From Octopus vulgaris (taxonomy: Eukaryota), in NCBI GenBank assembly GCA_951406725.2, contig OX597820.1, forward strand, positions 12,338,001 to 12,402,000: a stretch of DNA of 64,000 nucleotides, written 5' to 3'. This document shows, piece after piece, positions 1-12,842 of the stretch; position 1 is the stretch's first letter; every line of letters starts with the position of its first letter. Both the position numbers and the translations under genes were made by a program. The notes beneath the pieces were generated by a model that worked only from the letters and a program-made list of their open reading frames with translations, ran no database searches and was not told the origin of the DNA.

Positions 1-1573
1 TCATATATGATGTGATGTGTAAAGTCGTGTGGTGTAGTGAGGAGAAGAGGGGGGAAGGGGAGAAGAGGGGGGAGGGGGGAATAAGAGGGGGAGGAGAGGG
101 GGAAGATGAGAGGATGGGGGAGAGAGAGGAGGGGGAGAAGGAAGGGGAGGAGGGGGAGGAAGGAGGAAAGAGGGAGAGGGAGAGAGAGAAGGGGAGTGAG
201 GGAGCAGAGGGAAGGGGAAGAGGGAAGGAGGGAGGGAGAAAGAGGGAAGAAGGGAAGGGGAGTAGGGGTGAAAGGATGAAGGACTGAAGAGGTAGGGGTC
301 GGGGGAAAGGATAGGTGAGGAGGGGGAGGGGGTTAGATGAGGAGGGGGAGAGTTGAGACCAAATGGCGTATAAGAGCGAAGAGAGAAGATTAATTCCTGT
401 TCACGGCGCAAACGGGAATCCGGATGGCCTCTGTGTAAGGACAAACCGAACACAGATAGGTGTTGCAAGGAGTGACCGGTGGAGCGGAAATGGCGTGAGA
501 CCGGTGTGTCGTTCGCAAGGTGGATGTCACGAAGGTGTTCCGCGAACCGGTCAGCCAAGCGGCGTCCCGTTTGTCCGATGTACAAGGAATTGCAGAGAGA
601 GCAAGAGACGCAATAGATAATATTGCTGGAGGTGCAGGTGAAGGAGTGGATGATGGGATAGGGTCGATGGTGGGTGCTAGTGAGGCGGGTGGTGTTGGAG
701 AGGTAAGGGCAAGTGCGGCAACGTGGGCGGGAGCAGGGGAACGAGCCGGGTTGGGAGGTAGGGTCAGGGAAGGAGCTATGGACCAAAAGGTCTCGAAGGT
801 TGTGGGCTCGTTTGAAAGAGGGGAGGGGTCGGTCAGGGAAGAGGTGTGAAGTGGACGGGTCGGACTGGAGATGACGGAAAGCTCGAAGAATGGTGCGTTG
901 GAGACGTAGGGTCGTGGGGTGGTAAGTGAGGGGAAAAGGGAGGCGGGAGACTACAGGGCGGGTTCGGGGAGAGAGAGCAGATACACGGTCCACGGACCGT
1001 GCTCTGGCAAGGGCGGTGTGGATAGTGGTGAGGGGGTATCCACGTAGGGTGAAGTGGTGAGCCATACGTTGAGACTGAGTCTCAAAGTCATGGTCGTCAC
1101 TACAGAGCCTACGTAGACGGAGGAATTGGGAATAGGGGATGGAAAGCTTGGTGTGTTCTGGGTGGGAGGAAGAGAAGTTGAGGTATGTGTGTGAGTCTGT
1201 GTGTTTGTAGTGAATGGAGGTGGTAAGAGTGGAGTGAAGAATGCTAACCGAAATGTCGAGGAAGGAGACAGAGGTGTTGGAGATAGTGGAAGTGAAGTGG
1301 AGGGCTGGATGGAAAGATTGGACGAAAGAGAGGAAGGAATCTAGATGTTCACGGGAGAGTGAGGTGGCACCGATAATGTCGTCAATGTAACGACCATATA
1401 GTTCAGGAGTGGGACCAGTGAAATTAGAGAATATTTGGGCCTCAACATAGCCAACGAACAGGTTCGCATAGTTGGGGCCAATTCGCGTTCCCATGGCCAC
1501 TCCCGAGACCTGATGGTAGAACTCGCCCGCGAACGAGAAGCAGTTCAGAGTAAGGACAAGTTCGGCCAGACGT
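1..1573 (-). mobile_element. Penelope-like retroelement (Neptune-type), 5'-truncated: RT C-terminal half, thumb, Cys linker and GIY-YIG endonuclease in one open frame
   Basis: The frame extends upstream of the annotated ATG to ~1572 (RLAELVLTLNCFSFAGEFYHQVSGVAMGT). RT motifs: GVAMGTRIGPNYANLF, YGRYIDD, SVSFLDI. Thumb: YKHTDSHTYL...HPEHTKLSIPYSQFLRLRRLCS. Linker: CSRPRCRTC. GIY-YIG: NIIYCVSCSLCNSLYIGQTGRRLADRFAEH...HF...RREQELI...PFGLN. Composition switches abruptly to AT-rich host DNA at ~1574. Confidence 0.96.
36..352 (+). repeat. Polypurine (G/A) low-complexity tract forming the PLE 3' region
   Basis: Almost exclusively G and A on the + strand, with many GGG-GGGGG runs. It translates as the Pro/Ser/Leu tail of the PLE ORF. 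Confidence 0.85.
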
Positions 1574-1829
1574 ATGTATGAAAGGGAGGGAAAACTACAA
1601 ATATTAGTACACTTTTCAAGACAGGATTGTCATGGGGAACTTTGCACTAAGTTAAATGAACGATAAATTGCGCCCCCGTAGTTTCTTTTGGGTCAGAACA
1701 GAATTGAAAAAACGAGAGAATGGCGTTGGCAGATTTTATTTGTATCATGTACATCCTTGTCATTGAGTATCTCTGTAGATTTTAATCAAGCAGAGCTGCT
1801 GTAGATATAATCATCTCTATTAGAGACAC

Positions 1830-1938
1830 AGCGGCTAAAAAAATTTAGGGAGGTGTTTTAGTTAATTACATCAATCTCGCACCTCATCAGGTACGTATTT
1901 CAATGTAAAACAAAGTTAATTACGGCGGAATTTCAACT
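1830..1938 (-). mobile_element. Degenerate Deu/Nin-domain SINE fragment
   Basis: Resembles the reverse complement of the core of the copies at 19187 and 42645 (...cggcggaatttcaact; ggtacgtatttc). Confidence 0.45.
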
Positions 1939-2025
1939 ATCCGCGTGTCTCTGTCTACCTTCTATTTATACATGTATACTCACACACACACACACACACT
2001 CACACACACACACACACACATACAT

Positions 2026-2065
<40 letters not shown>

Positions 2066-2793
2066 GTATATTTGTGCGTATGTGTGTATATGTACAAGTA
2101 TGTTGGCAGTGACAGAATTATATAGAGTCTTAATTGCTTGATCTTACATGTATATTAGATTACACCTCGTTAAATGTTAACTTCAGTAAATCTATTAGTA
2201 CTAATTTTAATATCTAACATTTTCCTCTGGTAGAATAAATGAGAACAAAAATTTTTTTAAAATTAGATTGCACACACAAAAGTGCTGTACATTTACAAAA
2301 AAAATGTTACTGAGCGTAACGTCTGGGATAACAAAAACATAAACAAACAAAAAGCCAAAAAATTCCAAAATGGCCATATAACAAATAAACACAAAAAAAC
2401 AAAAACAAAAACAAACAGGAATGAAAATAAAACTACTCTCAGTTCCATTTTCACCGATAGAATGAATGGAAAATTTTGAAAGCAAGTTAGCATGAGTATT
2501 ATTTTTCATCTTTAAGTATATATATATTTTTTTTTTGCAAGATTCGTGATGTGAGAAGCGTGTGTTGAAACAGATATTGTTGTTCTTTGCGATGACCGTA
2601 TTTGCCAATGAAGCACAAGGATCATGTGATTTTAACTTTAGTTTTATTATTCTAATTTTAATTGTTAGTTTATTACTTTAGTTACACATTGTGTGACTTC
2701 TTCAACGACTCTCTGTCCCATTTGTGTCCTCTTGTCCTGCCTATTCCATTTTTGCAAAGGAAAGAACGAAAGTACCCGGCAACAGGTTAAGCT

Positions 2794-2824
<31 letters not shown>

Positions 2825-2859
2825 ACACACACACGTGTGACCTCGTGAATACTACCTGC

Positions 2860-3040
2860 AATTTTTTTTCCTCTGTCCTCCCGTCTCGGGATCTTTCTTT
2901 CTCCTATGTTTCCGACGAAGAGCTCCGCTCGAAACGTCAAACCCTCCTTCTTCCCTTCTTTCCTGAGCGTCAAATAATACTTTATTTGTTCCACATCTTT
3001 GCGTTGTTGTCTTTTTGTTTTCTTGTTTGGATTAACTTTA
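2860..3040 (+). mobile_element. Solo Penelope pseudo-LTR (family A) carrying a hammerhead motif
   Basis: Homologous to 30308-30503(+) and to the 3' part at 10170-10232(-). All end in ...tgtttggattaact next to a microsatellite. Confidence 0.7.
2908..2942 (+). ncRNA. Minimal type I hammerhead ribozyme motif (core variant CCGACGA)
   Basis: GTTT-CCGACGA-A-GAGC(tcc)GCTC-GAAA-C-GTC-AAAC. Stem I is GTTT/AAAC, stem II is GAGC/GCTC, stem III is the palindrome ACGT, and the cleavage triplet is GUC. Confidence 0.72.
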
Positions 3041-3129
3041 TATATATATATATACATACATACATACCTACATACAAACACGTGTCTGCGTGTGTATGTG
3101 TGTGTTTGTGTTTTGGGCTTATAACAAGT

Positions 3130-3700
3130 GATTCTCTTGAGAATCCCAGTGTAAATCATAAATCCCCTTCTCAGTAGAAGTTCCAGATTCTTTAACAGTA
3201 TTATGTTAACAGCCGTAGTTGGTGCGTTGTGCATCATCGGTATAACCTATTTCTAGCATTACAACATTTCTCTGGCCACGATAAGTTTTCTAATTGACAT
3301 TTAACTTTAACTCAAGGAGAACGATATTAAACGCAGCAATATATAAGGCGTATCTTGATATTCTTTTAGCAAAGTACCGTGGATTCCCTGACAGTAATGT
3401 CTAAAAAACAGGGGGCAGCGTACCTAAAGATATGTATTTGCAAATGAGATCTGAAACGGGAACTTTGGGTTGCACTATTTTTGTCATTATTCAATATGCA
3501 TATTAATGGTTTACGTTTCTCTGGCAATCGCAGAATGACAGAGCAAAGGTCGAAATTGTGGGCTATAAGTACGTCATCAGCCGAAACCTTGAAGCATTTA
3601 TAATTCCAACACTTATTGTTGTATTTAACACGGGTCAATAATTCTTGTATGAAAGTTACGCCTATCATTACATATCCTGAAATGAAACCTGCTTAAAGTG
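3130..3700 (-). mobile_element. Highly degraded RTE-type LINE reverse-transcriptase relic
   Basis: Broken frames give, in order, VSADDVLIAH (FADD motif), HIFRY, KNIKIRL..IAAFN, RLYR and YGC. This matches the motif order of the RTE RT C-terminal region. Confidence 0.5.
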
Positions 3701-4226
3701 AATTGGCTTGGAAACTTTTTGAGTACATCAGCAAATTTGCTATTTGTTGCTTAAATATAAGACCAGTAGTTCCTACAGGGCTGTGAAAAATTCATTCGAT
3801 GTTCATCGATAATGAAGCAGGACGACGCAGAAGCCCGTGCCCTGCAGTTTGACGATGTCATACACAGTCAGTCGGTGTGTTTTTCACACTCATTTTATAA
3901 CGATAGGTTCTCTCCCGAGACAATTTCTGACGTTTCAGTAAACAATGAACTGGTTATATATAATCATACATACTTATATTTTAATCGATAATACGCAGTA
4001 CTCTTCTAGCTAATTCACTTCAGCTTGAAGCTTTGCGCACATCAACAAATATACTATCTAGTGTTTAAATATAAAAAAACGGTAGATCTTAGTGGGCTGC
4101 GAGCAGCAGATTCGGTGCGCGTAGCTAATGAAGCGTTATGACACAGAAGCACGTGTTCTGCGATAGGACATCGTCAGTCATAACCCACACACATATGCAT
4201 ACACACACATGTGTCTTCCTAACACA

Positions 4227-4625
4227 TCTTTATATATAAAAGTCAAGGTGTGTGTCTGTCTCCTACGATTTAGATTCCTAACTACTCCCACATTTTGCGG
4301 TGCAGTTTAACCAAAACCGGGTATCTTTATAGTCGTGATTCATATCGAGCTCTTCTGGGTATTAGCGCGCGTCTACGATGAGTCTACGATTTAAAAAAAA
4401 ATTTACCATAATTTTTTTCCCTTTTAATGCATTTTTTCGCTATTATATAAGGGAAGTAACTCTCTAAAAATGTCTACGATGAGTCAACGATTTAAAAAAA
4501 AATTTACCATAATTTTTTTTTCCATTTTAATGCATTTTTTTGCTATTTTTTGGCTATAACTCTCTAAAAATGCTTATATAGTTATTTCCCTTACAAACCC
4601 GAGCAACGCCGGGCGATACTGCTAG
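4227..4625 (+). mobile_element. Non-autonomous Helitron
   Basis: Starts TC(tttatatataaaa) after host A4226 and ends CTAG before host T4626. Subterminal hairpin cccgagcaacgccggg, no TSD, internal ~100-bp tandem duplication (4371/4472). Confidence 0.9.
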
Positions 4626-4987
4626 TTGTCTATAAAGAGAAATTCTCTCCCGAGAGATATTCCGCAGCGAAGATCATAACGTTTGAACGTACACGACAGT
4701 CATAAAATACGATTTGTACTTTATATTTTAATAATGCTGGTCGGTGCACCTCTAGATAATGGGTGTGGTATACGGGATGTTAATGCGTGCAAGTAGTCGG
4801 AAGAGGGTAGGTGGTGTACTCTTTCTCACCCACAACTGACCACAGGTATTCTTATAAACACACCCGTGCCGATACCGTCACTGAACAGACAGTTTGAACC
4901 TGACACCATGAACTTGTCAGTTACCTGAACAATAGCTTTCTTGATCTTAACTTTTGATAGGGATTGCTTTGCTAGTCGTGCACTCGC

Positions 4988-4988
<1 letters not shown>

Positions 4989-5018
<30 letters not shown>

Positions 5019-5035
5019 CTTCTTCTTCTTCTTCT

Positions 5036-5073
<38 letters not shown>

Positions 5074-5355
5074 TTCTTCTTCTTCTTCTTCTTCTTCTTC
5101 TTCTTCTTCTTCTTCTTCTTCTTCTTCTTCTTCTTCTTCGTCGTCGTCGTCGTTTTCTTCTTCTTCCTCCTTCTTCTTCGTCGTCGTCGTCGACTTCTCC
5201 CTCCTTCTTCTATGTCTTTGTCTTCTTCTTCTTCTTCTTCTTCTTCTTCTTCCTCCTCCTCCTCCTCCTCCTTCTTCTTCTTCTTCCTCCTCCTCCGCCT
5301 TCTTCTTCTTCTTCTTCTTCTTCATCTTTGTCTTCTTCTTCTTCCTCCTCCTCCT

Positions 5356-5402
<47 letters not shown>

Positions 5403-5547
5403 TTCTTCGTCGTCTTCTTCGTCTTCTTCTTCTTCCTCCTTCTTCTTCGTCTTCGTCTTCTTCTTCGTCTTCTTCTTCTTCTTCTTCCTCCTCCTCCAGC
5501 TTCTCCTTCTTCTTCTTCTTCTTCTTCTTCTTCTTCTTCTTCTTCTT
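4989..5547. repeat. Compound trinucleotide microsatellite (CTT)n/(CGT)n/(CCT)n
   Basis: Seen directly. It produces the spurious poly-L/R/S/F/K/E ORFs. Confidence 0.98.
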
Positions 5548-5567
5548 CTCTACTAAAGACACTATGC

Positions 5568-5688
5568 TTGGCATTTTGAGGGAAAGGGATTGTCGACTAC
5601 ATCGTCCCCGAGGATCAACAGATAATTTATTTTATCGATTCGGAGGGGACGAAAGGCGAAGTCAACCTCGGTGAAATTTGACCTCAGA
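5568..5688 (-). mobile_element. Deu/Nin-domain SINE fragment
   Basis: ttattttatcgattcggaggggacgaaaggcgaagtcaacctcggtgaaatttgacctcaga is the reverse complement of the SINE core. Confidence 0.7.
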
Positions 5689-7029
5689 CATGCCTCACCC
5701 CTGAAATTTCAGACTTTGTGCCTATAATAGAGAGGATTATTATAGGTATTGTTGCTGTTATTGACACGTTTCCGGTTGATAGGCTTAGCTTTGTTGGGAT
5801 TGCTGAAGCGGAGAAGTTTTGCCCTATGGGACTGTTGTCGTCTCTTCCTTCCTCTCTCTTCACTCAGTTGTAGACATGTGGGTCGTGAGTGTGTACGATT
5901 GTGTATTGTGTCAGCCCGCGTGGGTAGAAGAGTGCGTTGCCTACACCTTCAATTCTCTGATTTTTCCCACTACCCTGTGCTCTAGGGTCCGGCACTTTGC
6001 TGAAGTTATAAATAATTTGGATAATAGGAATATATACTGAGCACTTAACACAATCCTCAGTATTATTTTTTTTGTAAAAAATTAAATGGAAAATTAATAA
6101 GAAAAATATAGAGATTTTCAACAAGGATTTCTGGCAGTTAATTTGCTGACAAGCCTGTATGTTTTATAAAGTATGAATTACGAAATATGCTTTCTGTATT
6201 TTATTTTATCCAAAGTAATATTGTGTATGTGTGTGTGTGTGTGTGTCTGTGTGAGTGTGTGTGTGTGTGTGTGTATGTGAGTGTGTATGTATGTGTGTGT
6301 GTGCGTAACTGTATATTTACAAATGCTAATTGTTGAAAATTTTTGGTCTTAGCTATGAAGTCACATCTTTTGATCTCATGATTCACACACGTGTAGAACT
6401 GGATCTTAAAGCTTGCAGGAAGGTAGAGAAAGCAATATGTGGGTGTATAGACGTATACAAACTATGATTATAAATCTGAATATAAAGCTAAATTTCAAAC
6501 GATAGTTATTGAGTTATATATGCCTTATAAATACTTGAAACTGGCGAAAGCCATGTGCTAAATGTTTTATCAATAAGAAAGATCTATCGGTGACGCTTCA
6601 AATACCCGCGTGCAGTTGGGTGGTGTTGTTGCCCGTGTCAAATTAGTATTACCCACAACAAAAACATTCTGGCCTGATATTAGGTGTATGTACACTAAAA
6701 AATACGGTGTTGAATCATATTGCAATGGGTGGGTGAAAAAGTATCATTAAAAAGGAAAAGGCTATTAGTTAAAAAAGCTTGAGATGCAGTCTTAGGTGGA
6801 CAGCCTTCAAAGGTAGACAGGTTCTATGTAATCGCACTCACATACATAAGTATGAATGTAAGTATTTATGTGTGTGTATATATATATATATATGTGTGTG
6901 TGTACGTGTGCAGCACATGCATATATGTACGTACAACAAGGGAAGAACAAGAACATAAAAAGGTGATTATGTAAAGAGGCGACAGTGAGAGAAAAAGAGT
7001 GGGATAATAAAATAAATATAAAATATTTA

Positions 7030-7076
<47 letters not shown>

Positions 7077-7104
7077 CATGCGTACACTCATAGGGAAGCA
7101 TGTA

Positions 7105-7830
7105 GGAAGGTATTTTTCAGTCTAAATAGTAACCTGTTTTTCTAATGTTATGATTTGTATGAGGGAGTGTAGGTTCATACAAGCAAGAATGTCTACCGGT
7201 CAAACGAGCGAACAAAATAAAAAATAAAAACAAATAAAATATCGCAACTGCATTATTTCTTACTTTTTCTTTTCTTATCTGGAGTTCTAAAGCATACTAA
7301 TATAAGAAAATTGACTGTTATTGCCTTTTAAGAACTAAGAACAAGTAATAATGATATCCTTATATAAGGAGAGTGTTACTAAACCTGGCTATTAAATTAC
7401 ATAAAAAGATAGGAATAACAAAATGAAATAGGAGATATATATATATAGACGGATGACAAGTTGTTGATTACCGCCACAGGAAAATATATTACACGAACTC
7501 TACATGTTGAAAGGTAAGTTGTAAATGTTTAACACTAAAACAAAACGCACAGAACACCAAATAAACAACACTGGTTATTAACTGATTAATGAACGAACGT
7601 ATTAATTAATTAATTAATTCAGATAACATCTAGGATATGTAATTATTAAGTTTGGTGGAAACACAATATACATTACCGCAACACTATATACATTGTGATG
7701 GTAATAAGAACCGAAAATGAAAATTTAAACACTTTAAAACGAAAAACTAGAATATAGATTAAAAACTTATTTCGACAAATCTTTTCACACGAATATATTA
7801 ACTTTTACAGTTTGCATGTAGAAGAAATTG
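7105..7830. repeat. Diverged local duplication, copy 1 (copy 2 at ~15765-16500)
   Basis: Collinear shared blocks: gtctaaa.agtaacctg, gatttgta.gagggagtgtagg, cgaacaaaa, aaaatatcgcaa, ttgattaccgc, aaggtaag, aaacacttt, aaactag.ata. Confidence 0.8.
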
Positions 7831-7865
7831 TCTTCAGTTTGGTTGTAGAGTTTCAATAGAAAGGC

Positions 7866-8582
<717 letters not shown>

Positions 8583-8583
8583 A

Positions 8584-8716
8584 AAATTATGAAGGTGGCT
8601 ATTCACAATTTACAACCAAACGGCATATAGTCGTCATTAAAGTGACCGAGAGTGCTATGCGATGACTATACTCGTGCCTTTCGGCCGTAAAGTGCTAATG
8701 GCCACCTTAATAATTT
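8584..8716. repeat. Imperfect inverted repeat (fold-back) next to a TA array
   Basis: aaattatgaaggtggctatt...atagtcgtc pairs with gatgactat...aatggccaccttaataattt. Confidence 0.75.
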
Positions 8717-8990
8717 ATAATTGTCACTTCACTATTTTCGGAATCAGTCCCTATTAAGACTGACTAAAAGAGTTAAGTTTTTAACCCTCGGTGCGGGAGT
8801 AATGAGTCACTGATGATGATTAATCAAATCTGAAATCATCGATTGCTTGCCGTAGGGAGCTTTCTCCCTTTTCTATTGATAGATAAGTACTTTGCCGTGG
8901 CTAAGAGTTGTTTTGACTTTTGTTTCTAGCAATGCTGGTGCTGACTAACTCTCAGTCATTCTAGTGACGACCGTGCTTGTGATTTTAGGT

Positions 8991-9030
<40 letters not shown>

Positions 9031-9612
9031 CAAGCATTTCACCAAGTGTGCTGACGACACTGCCATCTCACCATCTTTATATATATATATATAGATATAT
9101 ACAAACATATATCTATTTTCTCGTATACCTTATTATCATTGGTGCACAAGCCAAGACATTTGGAGGCTTTCCTAAAAAGGTCAAAGGGAATTCATCAGTC
9201 ACCTGATATAATCCAGTTGTGATACATGAAAATTTTTTACATTCTCTACATATAGGATACACAGACACATAATCAGTAATGAAGCATGCACACTTGTGTA
9301 CCAAAGTGTTACTTACACACAGCTAAATTAACAAATATTTATTTAGAGATGCCAACACATATATACACACCTTAACCACATGATATAATCACCAGTAACT
9401 TAAGCTATCTCAAACAACAGAAACTGTCACTTTGTTAGTAAGTGTTTTAAATTCTGGAAACGAAAAGATTATATCTCAAGAAAAATACGTATATACGTTC
9501 TTACTCACACACACACACAAAGATTTACGTATATAAGCACATATTTATGTATTTAAATACACCAATACATACTTCTTTAAACACATACACAAATTCATAC
9601 ACGGATACGTAG

Positions 9613-9643
<31 letters not shown>

Positions 9644-10039
9644 ATTTATTTCATTACATATTCAGTTTGTTGATAAACTAAGAATAGTGTATTTCAAAAT
9701 GTATTTCAACCCTTTTTCTAATTCTAAATTTCGTGTTGTAAAATCAATATATATCGTAATATTGAACTATTTAATCTTTGACGATTTATCTGATAATCGT
9801 GATTTTAGTATGAATAATATATATTCCAACACATGTTCGCAAAATTATTGCCAAACATAAGCAAATAACATTTATATTTCATCTATTTGTATGTGTATAT
9901 GCACAAATAGACTATGCACATACCCATAAGCTGATGCCTACAAACAAACTGGGAACCACACGTTCGTAATTTCCTCATCTATCTATGTGTATACATCTAC
10001 GCACATACATACATGCATCATACATTCATACATGCATGC

Positions 10040-10232
<193 letters not shown>

Positions 10233-10480
10233 TATATATATATGTATGTATCCTTTAAATTGCTGATTTTGATATATACATACCAAGAAGAAATCTTGCG
10301 GAGCAGACGATATTTTAACGAGATACATCTTATCAACTGAAGAGACACAATTACATCGACGGATACACCTAAACTAAACTAAACGTTCAGTATACATCCC
10401 ATGATAAATCGATGCTAGATGGGTCGAAATAATTGTAGTAATCAATAAACGTACTCATATTTTCCATCTTCCGTTTCCGT

Positions 10481-10542
<62 letters not shown>

Positions 10543-10611
10543 ATGTATATGTATTATCTATGCATTGTGTGTGCGAGTGTGTGTTTGTGTTTGTGCGTGT
10601 GCTTGTGTGTG

Positions 10612-10652
<41 letters not shown>

Positions 10653-11599
10653 ACATATTGTTGCTTTCCCCAAGCCGATGTATATGATTTTCGTGTCATA
10701 AAATTTTTTCTTGGCTTGATACCAATCAATTTATTTCTGGCAAATTTATAAACTTGCTCGTTCATTTAAAACAACACTTTTGATATAAAATATCTTGTTT
10801 CAATAAAACAATCGTTGAAAAATAAACTTAGAATCTATAACTTACCTTCATTTTCATTTTCAGAATATCCAATATTAGATGTTAAACAAATGCTTTTTAA
10901 ATGGGAATTATATTTTAATTTGTGCCATCTTTTTTTTATTTGTCTTAATAAATAATCTTCTACAGTTGTTTAACTAAAGGAGCTTATTTCAAAGAAATTT
11001 TATTTCGTATTATGCAAATTCCGTTTATACAGTTTACAATACTATCATTTACTTAGATGATTTATCTGTTAACGACTTTCCTAGTCAATGTTTGTATCTC
11101 TATTATCTGTCTTTGAGGTTAGGCGTTTAGATTATTTTTTATCTACAAGTATTCTCATGTTTTTCGCATCGCCCACTCCACTAGTAACAACATATAATGA
11201 TGTGTGTGAAACAGCCAGCACTGCATTATTCTTCGTCCTTGAGTCTTATTTATTAATATAACAAAGCAGGCCGTGTAGGGAATACAGTCTATTTAGAGTG
11301 AATGGGAAATCGGCGTCAGGAGCTTAAAGAGAAATGGGTTAAATATTAGTACCCTTCCAGCGTTAACGCCACTAAGTTTTCAGAGTCTCTGTAAATATCA
11401 CTAGCGTTGGGAGTTGTACATCTGGTATCACTGTATTGGCTATCTCTGCTGTCTAAGTTGCAGTGATGATTAATGGAACTTATAACTTGATTTTGATTTA
11501 ATGGGAAGTTGGAATTCTTAAATTCAATGAAATCAGACATTTTGTGGATACAGAGCAACTTTCTTTTTTGTTGTTAGAGAAAATCTTGAACATATGAAT

Positions 11600-12420
11600 T
11601 GTTCATTCTCATCTTCCTAGTTCGGCATAAATAATTGTACGAATTCTTTCTTAAAATTTGATATTAGGAAAGGCGGAGTCAATGGCGTCTAGGAAAGTTG
11701 TATCAGTATTTAGACTATTAAAAATCCTTCCGTTAGCCATTTCCAGCTATCAATCGGAATAGTGCTTTAACCAATGGAGTGCATTTTAATGATTGTTATT
11801 CAACAATTAAGTACTCCTGTACTTTCCAGATATGTAAAACACTGCAATGTCTCCAAATTCAAGCAGTGATTACCGAAATTTTTGAACGTTACGGAATCCT
11901 AGGTGAATTTGCCAAAAAACCTCCCTGAGAGCAAATGTTGCTCCAAGAAGCTGCTCATTGTTTATTACATCTTGAAGCATTCGATTCAAAGCATCGAGAA
12001 GCTGTTAGTGGCACACTAGTGCTTTTTCCACATCATCATTTGAACATTATGCAGAAAGCGAGCTGTTGTATTATGTAGGTATAGATTTTAGTGAAATGGA
12101 AAATCTGAAGTGAGAATGGAAAGGTTGTCTGAGATTCAGTGGTAGGCCATTTTTGTTATTTTGCAATCATTTATGTGATGACTGCGCGGTACACTAATAG
12201 TTTTATTTTCCCTTCGGGTGGCATTGTAATTTTAAAAAGTACTCTTATAGCGTACTTAAGATGATGACGGATATCGTCATCCCGATGGACATTGGAAGAA
12301 TTGTGAGTTATAGAGAACAGAAAGTATTTTCCGTTTCCTACGGTCGTTCTGTTAAGCTTAATTAATAGTTTTCTGCGGATTGGCTCAATTGATGACAAGA
12401 AACTGATAATCAGAGCCTTC
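11600..12420 (-). mobile_element. Degraded RTE (BovB-like) LINE, post-RT C-terminal region
   Basis: SNVHRDDDIRHHLKYA resembles xNVHIDDEIxxRIAKA, KIKLLVYRAVIT resembles TKLKVYRAVVL, and a later IPIDSWKWL resembles IxxxSWExLA. Many stops and frameshifts. Confidence 0.65.
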
Positions 12421-12730
12421 TATGTAGACGATGCCTTATACTATTAGTTGTTTAAGACATATGGTCTCTGACATTCCAGATAAATTGAATCAATACGGTG
12501 AAGTTCCTTCTTTGTATTGATCTATGTGCGTAAAGTGAACTTATTCGCCCACAAACTCGTACGAATCCTATCAGTACTGTTCAGGTATTTCAATGATACT
12601 TGATTGACAACCAATTTGTTGAGACCGGATCTCCTAAGTAGTCGTTTACGAGGCAAACATGGATAAACAAAGACACACGCACACACACACACACACACCC
12701 ATATATACACCACACACACACACCTATATA

Positions 12731-12842
<112 letters not shown>

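Noticed and set aside
12-849. + strand ORFs (91, 85 and 109 aa)
   Set aside because: Antisense shadows of the Penelope ORF and its purine tract.
4941-5579. 200-212 aa poly-L/R/S/F/K/E ORFs
   Set aside because: They come from a trinucleotide array that is open in several frames on both strands, with no coding signal.
9113-9304. Cys-rich 63-aa ORF (HKCAC...CRECKKFSC)
   Set aside because: No ATG start or acceptor, a donor-like GTAAGT lies just upstream on the same strand, and no recognisable domain.
12171-12398. Possible cadherin/protocadherin fragment (GNGKYFLFSI)
   Set aside because: No DxNDN, LDRE or DxD motifs, and the neighbouring motifs fit an RTE LINE better.
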